A stretch of DNA of 63,201 bases, counting the filler, from Welwitschia mirabilis (lineage: Eukaryota), in the NCBI GenBank assembly GCA_051453625.1. It is 5 parts of one record of this genome, joined end to end, with 100 filler letters (N's around TTAATTAATTAA, not from the genome) between each part and the next. Parts side by side here need not be neighbours in the genome. Positions count along the whole stretch, not along the records: positions 1 to 26,432 come from JBOZIK010000001.1; 4 more parts are not named here. The stretch is one strand, 5' to 3'. Positions 13,723 through 26,432 of this stretch are shown here, piece after piece. The notes below the pieces were generated by a model. That model was not told the DNA's origin and made no database searches. It was given only the letters and a program-made list of their open reading frames with translations. Positions within the stretch are counted from its first letter, which is position 1. Each line of letters starts with the position of its first letter. Position numbers and translations under genes: made by a program.

Positions 13723-14642
13723 GGGTTGCAGTTCTCAACTAAAGGGGATACAAATCCTATTGGCGGACTGAATGGATGAGTTTTTTTATAAAATGATATA
13801 ACACTCGGCTGATTGCTTTTAAAACCAAGAAACGCAAATACTGACTGGTATAGTTTCTACACCCTTGAGATTTATCATTGTTACAGTGCTTTGCTTGAGT
13901 CCCGAACGCATTGTCTTGATGTTGGCGTTTATTTTTCAGAAGGGCCTTTACGTACAAATCGATACTTTCTTTGATAATCATCTGTTGTGAGGCTTAGTAA
14001 TACTCCCTTACAAATTTCAAATGTTTTGCTTCAATTCCTAACTTTTATTTTCTAGACCTTGGAGAAAATTTGCTGTTATGGGATATATGATATATGTGGC
14101 ACTCGCTTGTCAGTGCAGGGAAGCCAGGTTCGTTGAAAATGAACGTGGATGTTGAGCGAAGAATGTACAGACGGCTTATGTTTAGTAAATTTTTGCAAAG
14201 AAGTATGATTAGCTTCTTTCATAACAATTTAATTCCAGAACTGTAACAGGATAAACATACTACGGATCCTGCTTGCAATTTTTACTTAACATGTTAATGA
14301 AGTGTTCAACAAGCCACCGTTGCTGAAAGCAGACTGATTGGATTATGATAATTATGGTAATGGGACGAATGTATATTTCACTTTTACCAGTCTCAGCCAT
14401 TTGAAAGCAGCCCTAACAATAATTAGAGATCTATTATTACAATTCAAGTACGCGTAGATGAATGGCTATCAAGTGATTTTATAGATGTTCTTCAGCTTAG
14501 AACATTCATTCAGCTTATGCCTGTATGCGTTTTGACTACTCACCGAAAGGTTTCTCTGGCTAATGATACTAGTATGAGTAGTTCTAGAACAAAGCCTCTA
14601 CACAATCTCCTTTGTTACTCGCTGCGTTAAATTAACTGTTTG

Positions 14643-14839
14643 TGTTAAAATGGTGGCTCAATTGTGAGCACACCTTTAGAAGAGCTCCATAATTGGAGGT
14701 AATAATCAGGCTTATAAATCAAACGGCGTTCTCTTAAATTGTGAGCCACTTGTGCTTATTAAAGCAATTCACCCTTAGCTTTCTAAGGTGGGAAAGATAA
14801 TACAACTGTTTGAAAACATTCTTTTTCTTCTCGCGTATA
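14643..14839 (+). repeat. 5' LTR (197 bp; TG...TA, terminal CA mutated)
   Basis: Aligns to 20898-21105 with about 17 substitutions and one 11-bp indel (hand count). Confidence 0.95.
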
Positions 14840-14841
14840 AG

Positions 14842-14853
14842 TGGTATCAGAGC
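14842..14853 (+). other. Primer-binding site complementary to tRNA-iMet
   Basis: TGGTATCAGAGC lies 2 nt after the 5' LTR. Confidence 0.95.
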
Positions 14854-16419
14854 GCGGTTCTCAACATCGCCATCTTTGCCGCCCCTTTCTGCGACGCACC
14901 ACGACTGTCTCCTACCACGTCGATGCTGCACTTGCCCTAACACGCCGGCGTCTATGCTCGCAATCCTTTCTGTGCGTAGTTCTCTTCGCGCACCTGTTCT
15001 CAGGTGTCTCTTCCGCGCATTTGTTTTCGGGTTTCCTCCCTCCACGCATTTTTCTGTTGCCGGTCTCCGTCCATGGGCCCCCTTAGTCGGCTCCATTTCG
15101 GCGTGTTTCTGTTTTTTCGCGTGTTTCTCACACGCTCTGTTGCGCTACCTGTGCCTATGACGCGTTCTTGCCTCCGCTCCGATTTGTGTCTTCTTGCAGA
15201 CGTCTGCGCCTGTGCTCATGCCCGTGCCTGCGTCTCCCTGCACTGGCACCGCGTCTCATAGTGCCCTGCCACTAGTGCGCCACCTACACGTCACCTCTGT
15301 TGTAGCTTCGTTTTGGCCTTTCTATGACGCCCACGCATTCTGCCACCTTCGTCTGAAGCTCCGCCGCCTTGTCGCTTGTTTTTTTTCTGTCTCTGCGCCG
15401 GGCACCATCGTTGCACACTTCGTGTCATTCTTTGCGCCACTTCGCGTCATCCCTGCACTAGTCTAGGACGTCCCTGCGCCCAACGCACCTGCTGTGCGCC
15501 CTTCAGCCCTATTCGCAGCCACTCCAATAGTCGCGCCTGCAACTTCGCCATCGTGCGTCCCCACTCGTGCCCCTACTCACTGTGTCCTTTTCCGGCTCAC
15601 AGTCGTGTTGCCATCTCCTTGCGTGTTTCTTCCTGCGGAAAATACTTTCGTAGTGCATGCCCATTTCGCTACATCTCTCCGCATGCACTCTTTCAAGTGG
15701 CCTGTTCGTTGCATCCCACCACGTCCTGTTTGTAGTCTTACCCGCAGTCGCGCTCACGATCATGCCATCTGCTCATGCCTCCGCCCTCAAGGTGACGTGT
15801 TCGTTTGCATAAGCACCAAATTTCTTTGCACTCGTTCGCAGGCTCGCCGAAATTTCTCTACGTGGTCCGACGGGCCCAGCCTCCCTGCTTACATGAAGCT
15901 GTGCCCCGGATGCCCTACTAGCTCTTCCAGTAGCACTAGTCTCGGTCTTTTCCCGGCTACGCCTCAACTTGCCTTATCTTGCTCTCCCACGTCGCTTCAG
16001 TTTTTTGAGTCGACGTCAACCGACAGCTTTTTTTCGTTTCTCTAGCAAGGCGACTTCCATCGCTAGTGCCTTCTTCGACGTGTCATAGCTCATGTCTTCT
16101 CTTGGCCTATTCGTTTGTTTGGTACTCATTATTTTTAAGGGTTTTTTTTTAATGTGGGGGTCTTGTTTTATTTTTAGAGGTATATGATTATGTTGATTTG
16201 ATTTTTCAACTACAGCCTCTTTTACCTAGCATACACTTCTACATTGTATTGTATGTTGTGGGGGTTATTTTATTGTCATGGTTTTGTGTAAGGCCTGCCA
16301 CTAAGGGTAACAATTGCCTTACCCTCTCTCTTTTTTTGAGTGATTTTATGCTTCTTCTTACTTTAACAACTGGTGATTGTATACAAGAGTTGCTTTTTTT
16401 TAACCTCCTCTGCTTTAGG

Positions 16420-19400
16420 ATGGCCACCGTGATGAAGTTTGACATCGAAAAATTCGATGGCAGACTGAGTTTTTCTATATGGCGTGTTCAGANNNNNNNN
16501 NNNNNNNNNNNNNNNNNNNNNNNNNNNNNNNNNNNNNNNNNNNNNNNNNNNNNNNNNNNNNNNNNNNNNNNNNNNNNNNNNNNNNNNNNNNNTATGGCGT
16601 GTTCAGATGAAGGCCATTCTCACTCAAAACGGCTTGAAGAAGGCCTTGGATAGTAAAGCAAAAAAACCCCAGACCCTTTCCGATGAGCAATGGGACGAGT
16701 TAGACGAAAAGGCCCTGACAGCAATCCAGTTATGTTTATCCAAGGAGGTTCTCCATGAGGTCGTCAGTGAAACCACTGTTGCTAGTCTATGACTAAAAGT
16801 GGAAGCATTGTACATGACGAAAAGCCTCGCCAACAAGCTTCNNNNNNNNNNNNNNNNNNNNNNNNNNNNNNNNNNNNNNNNNNNNNNNNNNNNNNNNNNN
16901 NNNNNNNNNNNNNNNNNNNNNNNNNNNNNNNNNNNNNNNNNNNNNNNNNNNNNNNNNNNNNNNNNNNNNNNNNNNNNNNNNNNNNNNNNNNNNNNNNNNN
17001 NNNNNNNNNNNNNNNNNNNNNNNNNNNNNNNNNNNNNNNNNNNNNNNNNNNNNNNNNNNNNNNNNNNNNNNNNNNNNNNNNNNNNNNNNNNNNNNNNNNN
17101 NNNNNNNNNNNNNNNNNNNNNNNNNNNNNNNNNNNNNNNNNNNNNNNNNNNNNNNNNNNNNNNNNNNNNNNNNNNNNNNNNNNNNNNNNNNNNNNNNNNN
17201 NNNNNNNNNNNNNNNNNNNNNNNNNNNNNNNNNNNNNNNNNNNNNNNNNNNNNNNNNNNNNNNNNNNNNNNNNNNNNNNNNNNNNNNNNNNNNNNNNAAG
17301 CAAAGAGAAAACAACCTCAACAATTCGCAGAGGCTAGTATCATTGACACTGATACTGAAGGTTGTGTTGTGTTATCAGTATCTTCTTCTGATGATAGAAA
17401 TCGTTCTGACTAGATTCTTGATTCTGGTTGTACTTTTTATATATGTCCTCATCGGGACTGGTTTACTACCTTTAAACCAGTTTGCTCTGGCATTGTTTTG
17501 ATGGGTAATGATACCCAGTGTAAGGTCAAAGGAATAGGAACTGTTCAAATCAAAAGCGATGATAGAATCGTCAGAACTCTTGATGAGGTATGCTTTGTTC
17601 CTGACCTTAAACGGAACTTAATTTCATTAGGTACTCTTGAATCTAAAGGGTACAAATATGTAGTTAAAAGTGGAGTTCTAAAAATTATCAAAGGTGCTCT
17701 TGTTATGTTTAAGGCTAACCGATGTAATAGCCTATATGTCTTGCAAGGTTCTATAGTTACAGATTCAGCAGCCGTTTTTACTTCTATGTCTGATTCTCAC
17801 GTTACTGCTTGTGGCACATGCGGCTAGGTCACATGAGTGAAAAAGATATGCACATCCTAAGTAAAAAAGATCTTCTCTGTGGTCAGCATATTGGTAAATT
17901 GTAATTCTATGAACATTGTGTTTTTGACAAACAGAAATGAGTTAGTTTCTCTACTGCCATTATCGTACTAAAGGTGTGCTGGATTATATTCACTCTGATT
18001 TATGGGGACCTTCCTAAGTTCCTTCCATTGGTGGTCGTCGTTTCATAATGACACTTATTAATGATTATTCTCATAAAATCTGGGTTTATTTTCTAAGGCA
18101 TAAAAATGAAGCTTTCTCTACTTTTAAACATTGGAAAATTCTCATTGAAAATCAGACATGAAGAAAGGTTAAGAAACTCAGGACCGATAATNNNNNNNNN
18201 NNNNNNNNNNNNNNNNNNNNNNNNNNNNNNNNNNNNNNNNNNNNNNNNNNNNNNNNNNNNNNNNNNNNNNNNNNNNNNNNNNNNNNNNNNNNNNNNNNNN
18301 NNNNNNNNNNNNNNNNNNNNNNNNNNNNNNNNNNNNNNNNNNNNNNNNNNNNNNNNNNNNNNNNNNNNNNNNNNNNNNNNNNNNNNNNNNNNNNNNNNNN
18401 NNNNNNNNNNNNNNNNNNNNNNNNNNNNNNNNNNNNNNNNNNNNNNNNNNNNNNNNNNNNNNNNNNNNNNNNNNNNNNNNNNNNNNNNNNNNNNNNNNNN
18501 NNNNNNNNNNNNNNNNNNNNNNNNNNNNNNNNNNNNNNNNNNNNNNNNNNNNNNNNNNNNNNNNNNNNNNNNNNNNNNNNNNNNNNNNNNNNNNNNNNNN
18601 NNNNNNNNNNNNNNNNNNNNNNNNNNNNNNNNNNNNNNNNNNNNNNNNNNNNNNNNNNNNNNNNNNNNNNNNNNNNNNNNNNNNNNNNNNNNNNNNNNNN
18701 NNNNNNNNNNNNNNNNNNNNNNNNNNNNNNNNNNNTATTATTAATTTCACTCCTTCCTCCTCTACTTAAGCAAATGTTGATGAGAATGCTCCAAGTATCA
18801 GTACTCCTATCCGACCACAGTACGATTGTTCGATTGCTCAAGATTGTCCGAAGAGAATGATAAAGAAACTAGCTAGATATCTTAACACTGATGATGAGTT
18901 AGTTGCATATGCTCTCTCTGTTGCCCAGGAAATTCCTGAAGGTATAGAACCTTCATCTTATTCAGAAGCTGTTTCATGTGCTGACTCCTCTAAGTGGTTA
19001 ATGGTAATGAATGAAGAAATGGATAGTCTCCATAAAAATAAAACTTGGATTTTGTATGAACTTCCATCTAAAAAACGTCCTTTGAATTGTAAGTGGATCT
19101 ACAAGAAAAAGGAAGGAATCATTGGAGTTGAAAATGCAAGATGGAAAGCACGTTTGGTTGTCAAAGGCTATAACCAAAGAGAAGGTAAAGATTTCCATAA
19201 AATGTTTTCACTTGTAGCTCCTCATACTTCAATTTGTGTACTACTTGNNNNNNNNNNNNNNNNNNNNNNNNNNNNNNNNNNNNNNNNNNNNNNNNNNNNN
19301 NNNNNNNNNNNNNNNNNNNNNNNNNNNNNNNNNNNNNNNNNNNNNNNTGACTCCTCTCAGTGGTTAATGGCAATGAACGAAGAAATGAATAGTCTTCATA

Positions 19401-20860
19401 AAAATAAAACTTGGATTTTGTGTGAACTTCCATCTGACAAACGTCTTTTGAATTGTAAGTGGATCTACAAGAAAAAGGAAGGAATCCCTGGAGTTAAAAA
19501 TGCAAGATGGAACGCATGTTTGATTGTCAAAGGCTACAACCAAAGAGAAGGTATAGATTTCCATAAAAATTTTTCACCTGTAGTTCGTCATACTTTAATT
19601 CGTGTACTATTTGCAGTTGTTTTCTTATTTGACATGGAGTTAAATCAACTCAATGTCAAAACTACTTTTTTACATGGAGACCTTAATGAAAAAATCTATA
19701 TGAAGCAACCTAAGGGCTTTATAACCCCAAGAAAAGCACGTTATGTGTTTCGTCTAAACAAATCATTATATGGCCTAAAACAAGCTCCGCGACAATGGTA
19801 CAANNNNNNNNNNNNNNNNNNNNNNNNNNNNNNNNNNNNNNNNNNNNNNNNNNNNNNNNNNNNNNNNNNNNNNNNNNNNNNNNNNNNNNNNNNNNNNNNN
19901 NNNNNNNNNNNNNNNNNNNNNNNNNNNNNNNNNNNNNNNNNNNNNNNNNNNNNNNNNNNNNNNNNNNNNNNNNNNNNNNNNNNNNNNNNNNNNNNNNNNN
20001 NNNNNNNNNNNNNNNNNNNNNNNNNNNNNNNNNNNNNNNNNNNNNNNNNNNNNNNNNNNNNNNNNNNNNNNNNNNNNNNNNNNNNNNNNNNNNNNNNNNN
20101 NNNNNNNNNNNNNNNNNNNNNNNNNNNNNNNNNNNNNNNNNNNNNNNNNNNNNNNNNNNNNNNNNNNNNNNNNNNNNNNNNNNNNNNNNNNNNNNNNNNN
20201 NNNNNNNNNNNNNNNNNNNNNNNNNNNNNNNNNNNNNNNNNNTGATCTCACCTATGCTGTTAGTATCGTAAGTCGATACATGCATAATCCAGGAAAGGAT
20301 CATTGGAATGCAGTAAAATGGATCCTTAATTATTTGAAGGGCTATTTTACTTTGGGATTAGTATTTAATGAAAGCAAAACTACATTGACTAATATAGTAG
20401 GATTTACTGATTTTGATTATGGTGGTGACTTAGATAGACGAAGATCTCTTTCAGGATACATCTTCACTCTCTGTAATTCTGCTATCAGCTGGAAGGCATC
20501 TCTTCAATCCATTACTATATTATCAACAACCGAGGTGGAGTATGTTTCAGTCACTGAGGGTGTCAAAGAAGATACATGGCTGCGAGGTCTCGTAATCAAG
20601 CTTGGGGTAGCCCAAGTAGTAACTTTTGTATTTTGTGATAGCCAGAGTGCTATTCATCTTACCAAGAATGATATATATCACTCAAGAACCAAGCACATTG
20701 ATGTCAAACGTCACTATATCAGAGACACTCTTGCTATAGGCAACATTATGGTAGAAAAAATCCATACATCAGAAAACCCAGAAGATATGTTAACAAAACC
20801 TCTACCTAATGTCAAGTTCAAACAGTGCTTGAACTTAGTGAGCATCCACAACACTTTAAA
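16420..20860 (+). pseudogene. gag-pol polyprotein of the Tork-like copia element (disrupted)
   Basis: ORF fragments 16198-16653, 16484-16792, 17498-17827, 18857-20245 and 20280-20903 carry gag/PR/INT/RT/RH motifs. Premature stops include TGA at 16790 and TAG at 17411. Confidence 0.9.
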
Positions 20861-20883
20861 TACTGTTAGTGTATCAAATTTGA

Positions 20884-21105
20884 GCCAAGGTGGAGATTGT
20901 TAAAATGGTGTCTCAATTGTGAGCACACCTTCAGAAGACCTCCATAATTGGAGGTAATAATCAAGCCCATAGAAACGCCATGAATCAAATGACGTTCTCT
21001 TAAACTGTGAGCTACTTGTGCTTATAAAATCAATTCACCCTTAGCTTTCTAAGGTGGGAAAGATAATACAACTGTTTGAAAACACTCATCTTCTTCTCGC
21101 ATACA
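20884..21105 (+). repeat. Polypurine tract plus 3' LTR (20898-21105)
   Basis: gccaaggtggagat directly precedes TGTTAAAATGG...CATACA, which is followed by the GTTTG TSD. Confidence 0.95.
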
Positions 21106-21434
21106 GTTTGGAGCACCTATAAGAGTCTTTTGCTTAGAAAGTACATGAAACACTCATGTTTTCTACAAAGTAATTATTGTATTCCTGTCGATAAACTAGC
21201 TTCCAACTGCACATTAAATCTTTAAGCGGGTTTCATCTTTGTACGTTACGGGAGTCAAAAAATGCAAAATCTTAGATGAACAATAATGGTAGGCTACTTA
21301 GGAGGGAACAAATGTGCCACCAGTTTTGTTGGGCTTGAATAAAGCAAGAAATTGCTGCCAATTGTTTAAATTGTTGGTAAGGATGAATGGCAACACACGA
21401 TTAAGCTACTTCATCTACATACAATCTCAAAATG

Positions 21435-24400
21435 GAAATGAAATATTATACTTGTAGATTTTATAAGGCTATCACAGTCCTTTAGAGAAGGAGAGGTTAT
21501 CGATTCATGTTTAATGTTCTTGTTTTCAATATGACTAATTATGTCAACTTTATCATATTCTATTAATTCTCTTGTTTTCTAATTTTACATGGTAATTCCG
21601 ATTGTCATCTCCTTATGACAAAGCTTTTGTCAAAAACGTGACTCAAATGAATTCCCTACATGTAAAGCTTTACATCCAAAGATGGAAAATAATGAAACTA
21701 TAACCTAAGCAAGGATGTGAACTACACAATGATAAACTCAATTTGTCATGTTACCTGCCCTCGAAGGGAAATACCATAAATAATCTAAAGCTGTAAAATC
21801 TTTTTACAGCAAAACTAGAATTGAGAAATAGATTATAGAAATTACATTGCNNNNNNNNNNNNNNNNNNNNNNTCCCAAATAGAGAAATAAGAGTATTGTG
21901 AATTTACAATAAGACTGTTACCCATCCCCCAACAACATTGATACAAAAATCTTAGCAATCTTAATTACATATTTAAAACAATATCATAGTACTCAATGAT
22001 AGTAAGGTAAATGATTCTTCTACATTTTCTATTAATAATAATGACCACCTTTTTGAGTATACTAATTGTAATACTTTTTCGAGATGATTCTTCTACACTT
22101 TTTGTTAATAATGATGATCACATTTCTTAGTATACTAATTTTATTACTTTTTCACATATGACTAGTACCTTTGATCTTAATGTTACTAAACTAGTACATT
22201 AGTAGTAAAAACGAAAACGACCTAAAAAGTAACGCAAATTTGTGATATGAAGTTTAATGCAAAAAGACATTCTATCAACCACAAATTTTTAAATAAACCT
22301 AATCAATAAAAATCAACTAACTAAAGAAGGATACATACTTGTATTCATGAAAATAGTACTATTTTTATTTAATAAAAAGGATTAAAATGAAATTTTATTA
22401 ACATTCAAGGAATAGAGTTTATATGAAATTGCTGGTTAATATAAATTGAAAACCAGAACTATGTTTTGAACATGTCAAAACATTGTAAGAAGACTAAACG
22501 AAATACATAAATTAATCTTAGACTTTAACCAAAACATCATCAATAAAAGTGAATTAACTAAAGAATGATATATACTTGCATTCATGAAAATAGTACTATT
22601 TTTATTTAATAAAAAGGAATAAAATAAAATTTTATTGATAATCAAGGAANNNNNNNNNNTAATATAAATTGAAAACTAAAACTATGTTTTGGACATGTCA
22701 AAACATCGTAAGAAGACTAAATAAAATACATAAATCAGTCTTAGACTTTAACCAAAACATCATTATCAATCCTATATGTAATCATATCAATTTACAAAAA
22801 GCCAATAAAATAAAATAACCATAAAAATGAACCTTGTTATAATATGTTACTTGAATTAAGTTATAATAATATATGTGGTTCCTTAGAAACTACATTTATT
22901 AAAGGGCAAGACTAATGTATCATGTTTATTGATGGCTATAGTAGATGGGAAGGGAATATCATACCTCTAGATTTTATTAGGTTACCACAAACCCATAGAA
23001 ATGATTAGGTCATTGATTCATGTTTGATGTCTTATTTTTTCATCCCATTGATCATCTTTTCCATATCTTTGTCGTATTCTATTATTTCACTTGTTTTCTA
23101 ATTTCATATAGTATTCCCTATTTCTATCTCCTTATGACAAAGCATTTGTTAAAAACCTAACTCAAATGAATTCATTGCATGTTAAGCTTTACACCCTGCA
23201 AATGGAAAATGATGAAACTATAGCCTAACTTATCAAGATAAGTGTCCACAAAATGCAACTATGAGAGCAAAGATGTAAACTACACACTAAAAATCTCCAG
23301 TTTGTCATATTAACTACCCTCAAAGGGAAACACCACAAACAATTTGAGGCTACAAAATCTTTAGAAAAACTTTTTGCAACAAAACAAGAGTTGATAAATG
23401 AAATTATCGAGATTACATGGACTTCAAAAGAAGGCAAAGGAGATCCCAAGTAGAACTAATTCAAAAAGAAGTACAGAAATAAGAGTATTGTGAATTCACA
23501 AAAGATTGTTATCTATGCCAAACAACATTGTTAGAAAAATCTTAGCAATCTTAGAAACTATTTGAATATGATATTTAAACAAGTGTTGTAAAACTCAATG
23601 ATAGTAATGTAAATGTTTTTTCTACATTTTCTATTAATGTGAATGATGATCACATCTCTTGGTATGTTGGTTCTAGTACTTTTTCACGTATGATTAGTAA
23701 CTTTGATCTTGGTGTTACTAAATCTAACTCCTAACTGAACTAGTATATTACCAATGAAAATGAAACTAATCTAAAAAATACCACAAACTCATGACCTAAT
23801 ATTAGATGCAAAAAGGACAATCCATCAACTACAAATTTTTAAATAACCTTATCAATAAAAGTGAATTAATTAAAGAATATATATTCTTGCATTCTTAAAA
23901 AAATAGTACAGTTTTTATTTCAAAAAGAATAAAATGAAATTTTATTGACAACCAAGAAACAAAATTTACATAAATTACTCACTAATATAAGTTGAAAACC
24001 AAAACTATGTTTCGGACATGTCAAAACATCCTAAAAAGACTACATGAGATTCAAAAGATCCTAAAAAGACTACATGAAATACATAAAGCATTCTTAAACT
24101 CTAACCAAAATACCATTATTAATCCCATATGTAATCACATCAATTTAGAAAAAGCCAATAAAATAAAATAATAATGAAAATAAAACTTGTAATAATATGT
24201 TAGTTGAATTAGGTTATAATAATTTATGTGGTTCCTTGGAAACTACATTTGTAAAAGAACAACAAAAATTTATCATGTTCGTTGACGACTATAGTAGATG
24301 GGAATGGAATACCAAACCTCTAGATTTTATCAGGTTACCACAAACTTGTAGAGAGGCAAAGGTCATCGATTCACGTTTATTGTCCTAGTTTTTCATACCA

Positions 24401-25325
24401 TTAATCATCTTTTTCATATTTTTATCATATTTTATTATTTCTCTTATTCTAATTTCATATGGTATTCCCCATTTCCATCTCCTTATGAAAGAGCATTTGT
24501 CAAAAACCTGGCTCAAATGAATTTCTTATGTGCGGAGCTTTACACCTTGAAGATGGAAAATGATAAGACTATAACCTAACTTATCAAAATGATTGTTCAC
24601 AGAATGCAGCTATACAAGCAAGGATGTAAGCTACATAATAACCAACTCTAGTTTGTCTAGTAACCTTCCTTAAAGGGAGATACCATAAACAATCTGAAGC
24701 TAAAAAATTTTTAGAAAAACTTTTTACAACAAGACTAGAGCTAAGAAATGGAATTATCAAGATTGCATGGCTTTCGTAGGAAGGAAAAGGAGATCCCAAG
24801 TAAAACCAACCTAAAAAGAAGTAGAGAAATAAGGGTATTGTCAATTCACACAAAGATTACTACCCTTATCCAACAACAGTGTTGGCGAAATCTTAACAAT
24901 CATAAAATTAACTAAATATTATATTTAAACCAATGTTGTAGCACTTGATGATAGTAATGTAAATATTTTCTCTACACTTTTTATTAATAATAATGATGAT
25001 CACGTTTCTCAATATATTCATTCTAGTACTTCTTCACATATGACTAGTAACTTTGATCTTTGTGTTACCAAATGTAACTACTCCCTAAATGAGTACATTA
25101 CTAGTAAAAATGAGAATGATCTAAAAATAACATAATTCATGACATAAATCTTAATCCAAAAAGACATTCTATCCACAACAAATTTTTAAATAAACCTAAT
25201 CAATAAAAGTGAATAAATTAATGAAGGATATACAATTACATTCATGAAAAATAATACTATTTTTATTTAATAAAAAAGAAGAAAATGAAATTTTGTTGAT
25301 AAACAAGAAATAGAATTTACATTAA
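21435..25325 (+). repeat. Tandem macro-repeat, ~1.35 kb unit, ~3 diverged copies, containing a copia integrase fragment
   Basis: Anchor ctccttatga(c/a)a(a/g)agc occurs at ~21609, ~23128 and ~24479; aggt(t/c)at(c/t)gattca at ~21495, ~23008 and ~24360. ORF 24197-24388 (NLCGSLET...FIMFVDDYSRW) is an integrase-core remnant, repeated at ~22870-22950. Confidence 0.85.
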
Positions 25326-25539
25326 AAAAAATTTTGAATGAAAATTATTGGAATTTCGTTGTTGTAAGGCGTTTAGAGAACAATTCATACAAAAGACAAG
25401 AGGAATAAATCAGTGGCTCAGGCATTCAAGCCGCAGAAAACTAATCACAGACTATATCATAGCCATTGGTCTGGGCTAGGAAAAACAAAAAGCCATTTTC
25501 CAGACTAAAAGTAAAGTCTGCAAAACACGAAAGCCAATT

Positions 25540-26432
25540 CATCTACCTCACAGGTGAGCTCCAGATCTTGAAACTTCTCCTGAAGACCTCAGCTCTTTGG
25601 GGAGCACTTCTGTAACTCGAAGAAGAGCTCTTTAAGAAAGAAACCAAATTGACAGACTCAGGCTCGACATANNNNNNNNNNNNNNNNNNNNNNNNNNNNN
25701 NNNNNNNNNNNNNNNNNNNNNNNNNNNNNNNNNNNNNNNNNNNNNNNNNNNNNNNNNNNNNNNNNNNNNNNCTCGAAGAAGAGCTCTTTAAGAAAGAAAC
25801 CAAATTGACAGACTCAGGCTAGACATAAGCAAGCAGAAGGCTTGCATATAAGAAGGAACTGAATCATGACAAAAATGAGTGCGTTGCTTGTTAAATACTA
25901 TTGCATCTTCTAAAGACCAAAATAACGTTGAATTGCATCTCAGTTATGCAATGATGGGGATCCAGCAGACCGTCAGTGCTAAGATTCTGGGTCAATTGGA
26001 GATCCCTTCTTGCATAAAACATGGGAAATAGCAGGAAAAAGTTATGCGTGGCCTTATTGGATCAATCTTAATATAGGGCATATTTGCAAACCATCCTTTG
26101 GNNNNNNNNNNNNNNNNNNNNNNNNNNNNNNNNNNNNNNNNNNNNNNNNNNNNNNNNNNNNNNNNNNNNNNNNNNNNNNNNNNNNNNNNNNNNNNNNNNN
26201 NTTGGATCAATCTTAATGTAGGGCATATTTGCAAACCATCCTTTGGATCAGCATTCGCAACTCTACTATGGACCTTTTTCTCTGCCTCAAGTGTCAAGCT
26301 GATAATCAGGATTCTCCTTTAAAATCACAAACTTCAAAGCCTGAAGACAAAATCCCCTACTTTCCAGTTGCCAACTCTGCCCTTTCTCCTGAAGCAAGAA
26401 GGACGGGCGTGGTATGAGTTTGAAATCCTGTT
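25540..26432 (-). pseudogene. Possible degraded host-gene fragment (weakly PPR-like)
   Basis: GC is higher than the flanks. Broken minus-strand frames read ...RITFSC / HVLCKKG ... DGLLD...EMQFN ... SSFLYASLLLAYV, loosely resembling PPR helices. Several stops, two gaps, ends at a linker. Confidence 0.25.

Larger units (their letters stand above)
14643..21105 (+). mobile_element. Full-length, inactivated Ty1/copia LTR retrotransposon, Tork/Tnt1-like
   Basis: LTRs at 14643-14839 and 20898-21105, GTTTG target-site duplication (14638-14642 and 21106-21110), tRNA-iMet PBS, PPT. Gag MATVMKFDIEKFDG from 16420, then PR (D*ILDSGC), INT (HSDLWGP), RT (KSLYGLKQAPRQW) and RNase H (FCDSQSAIHL, KHIDV). Contains in-frame stops, frameshifts and several gaps. 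Confidence 0.97.

Noticed and set aside
14734..16045. Cluster of overlapping ORFs (also 7543-7955) as novel genes
   Set aside because: They overlap in several frames on both strands, have no domain motifs, and are expected in GC-rich sequence within TE leaders.
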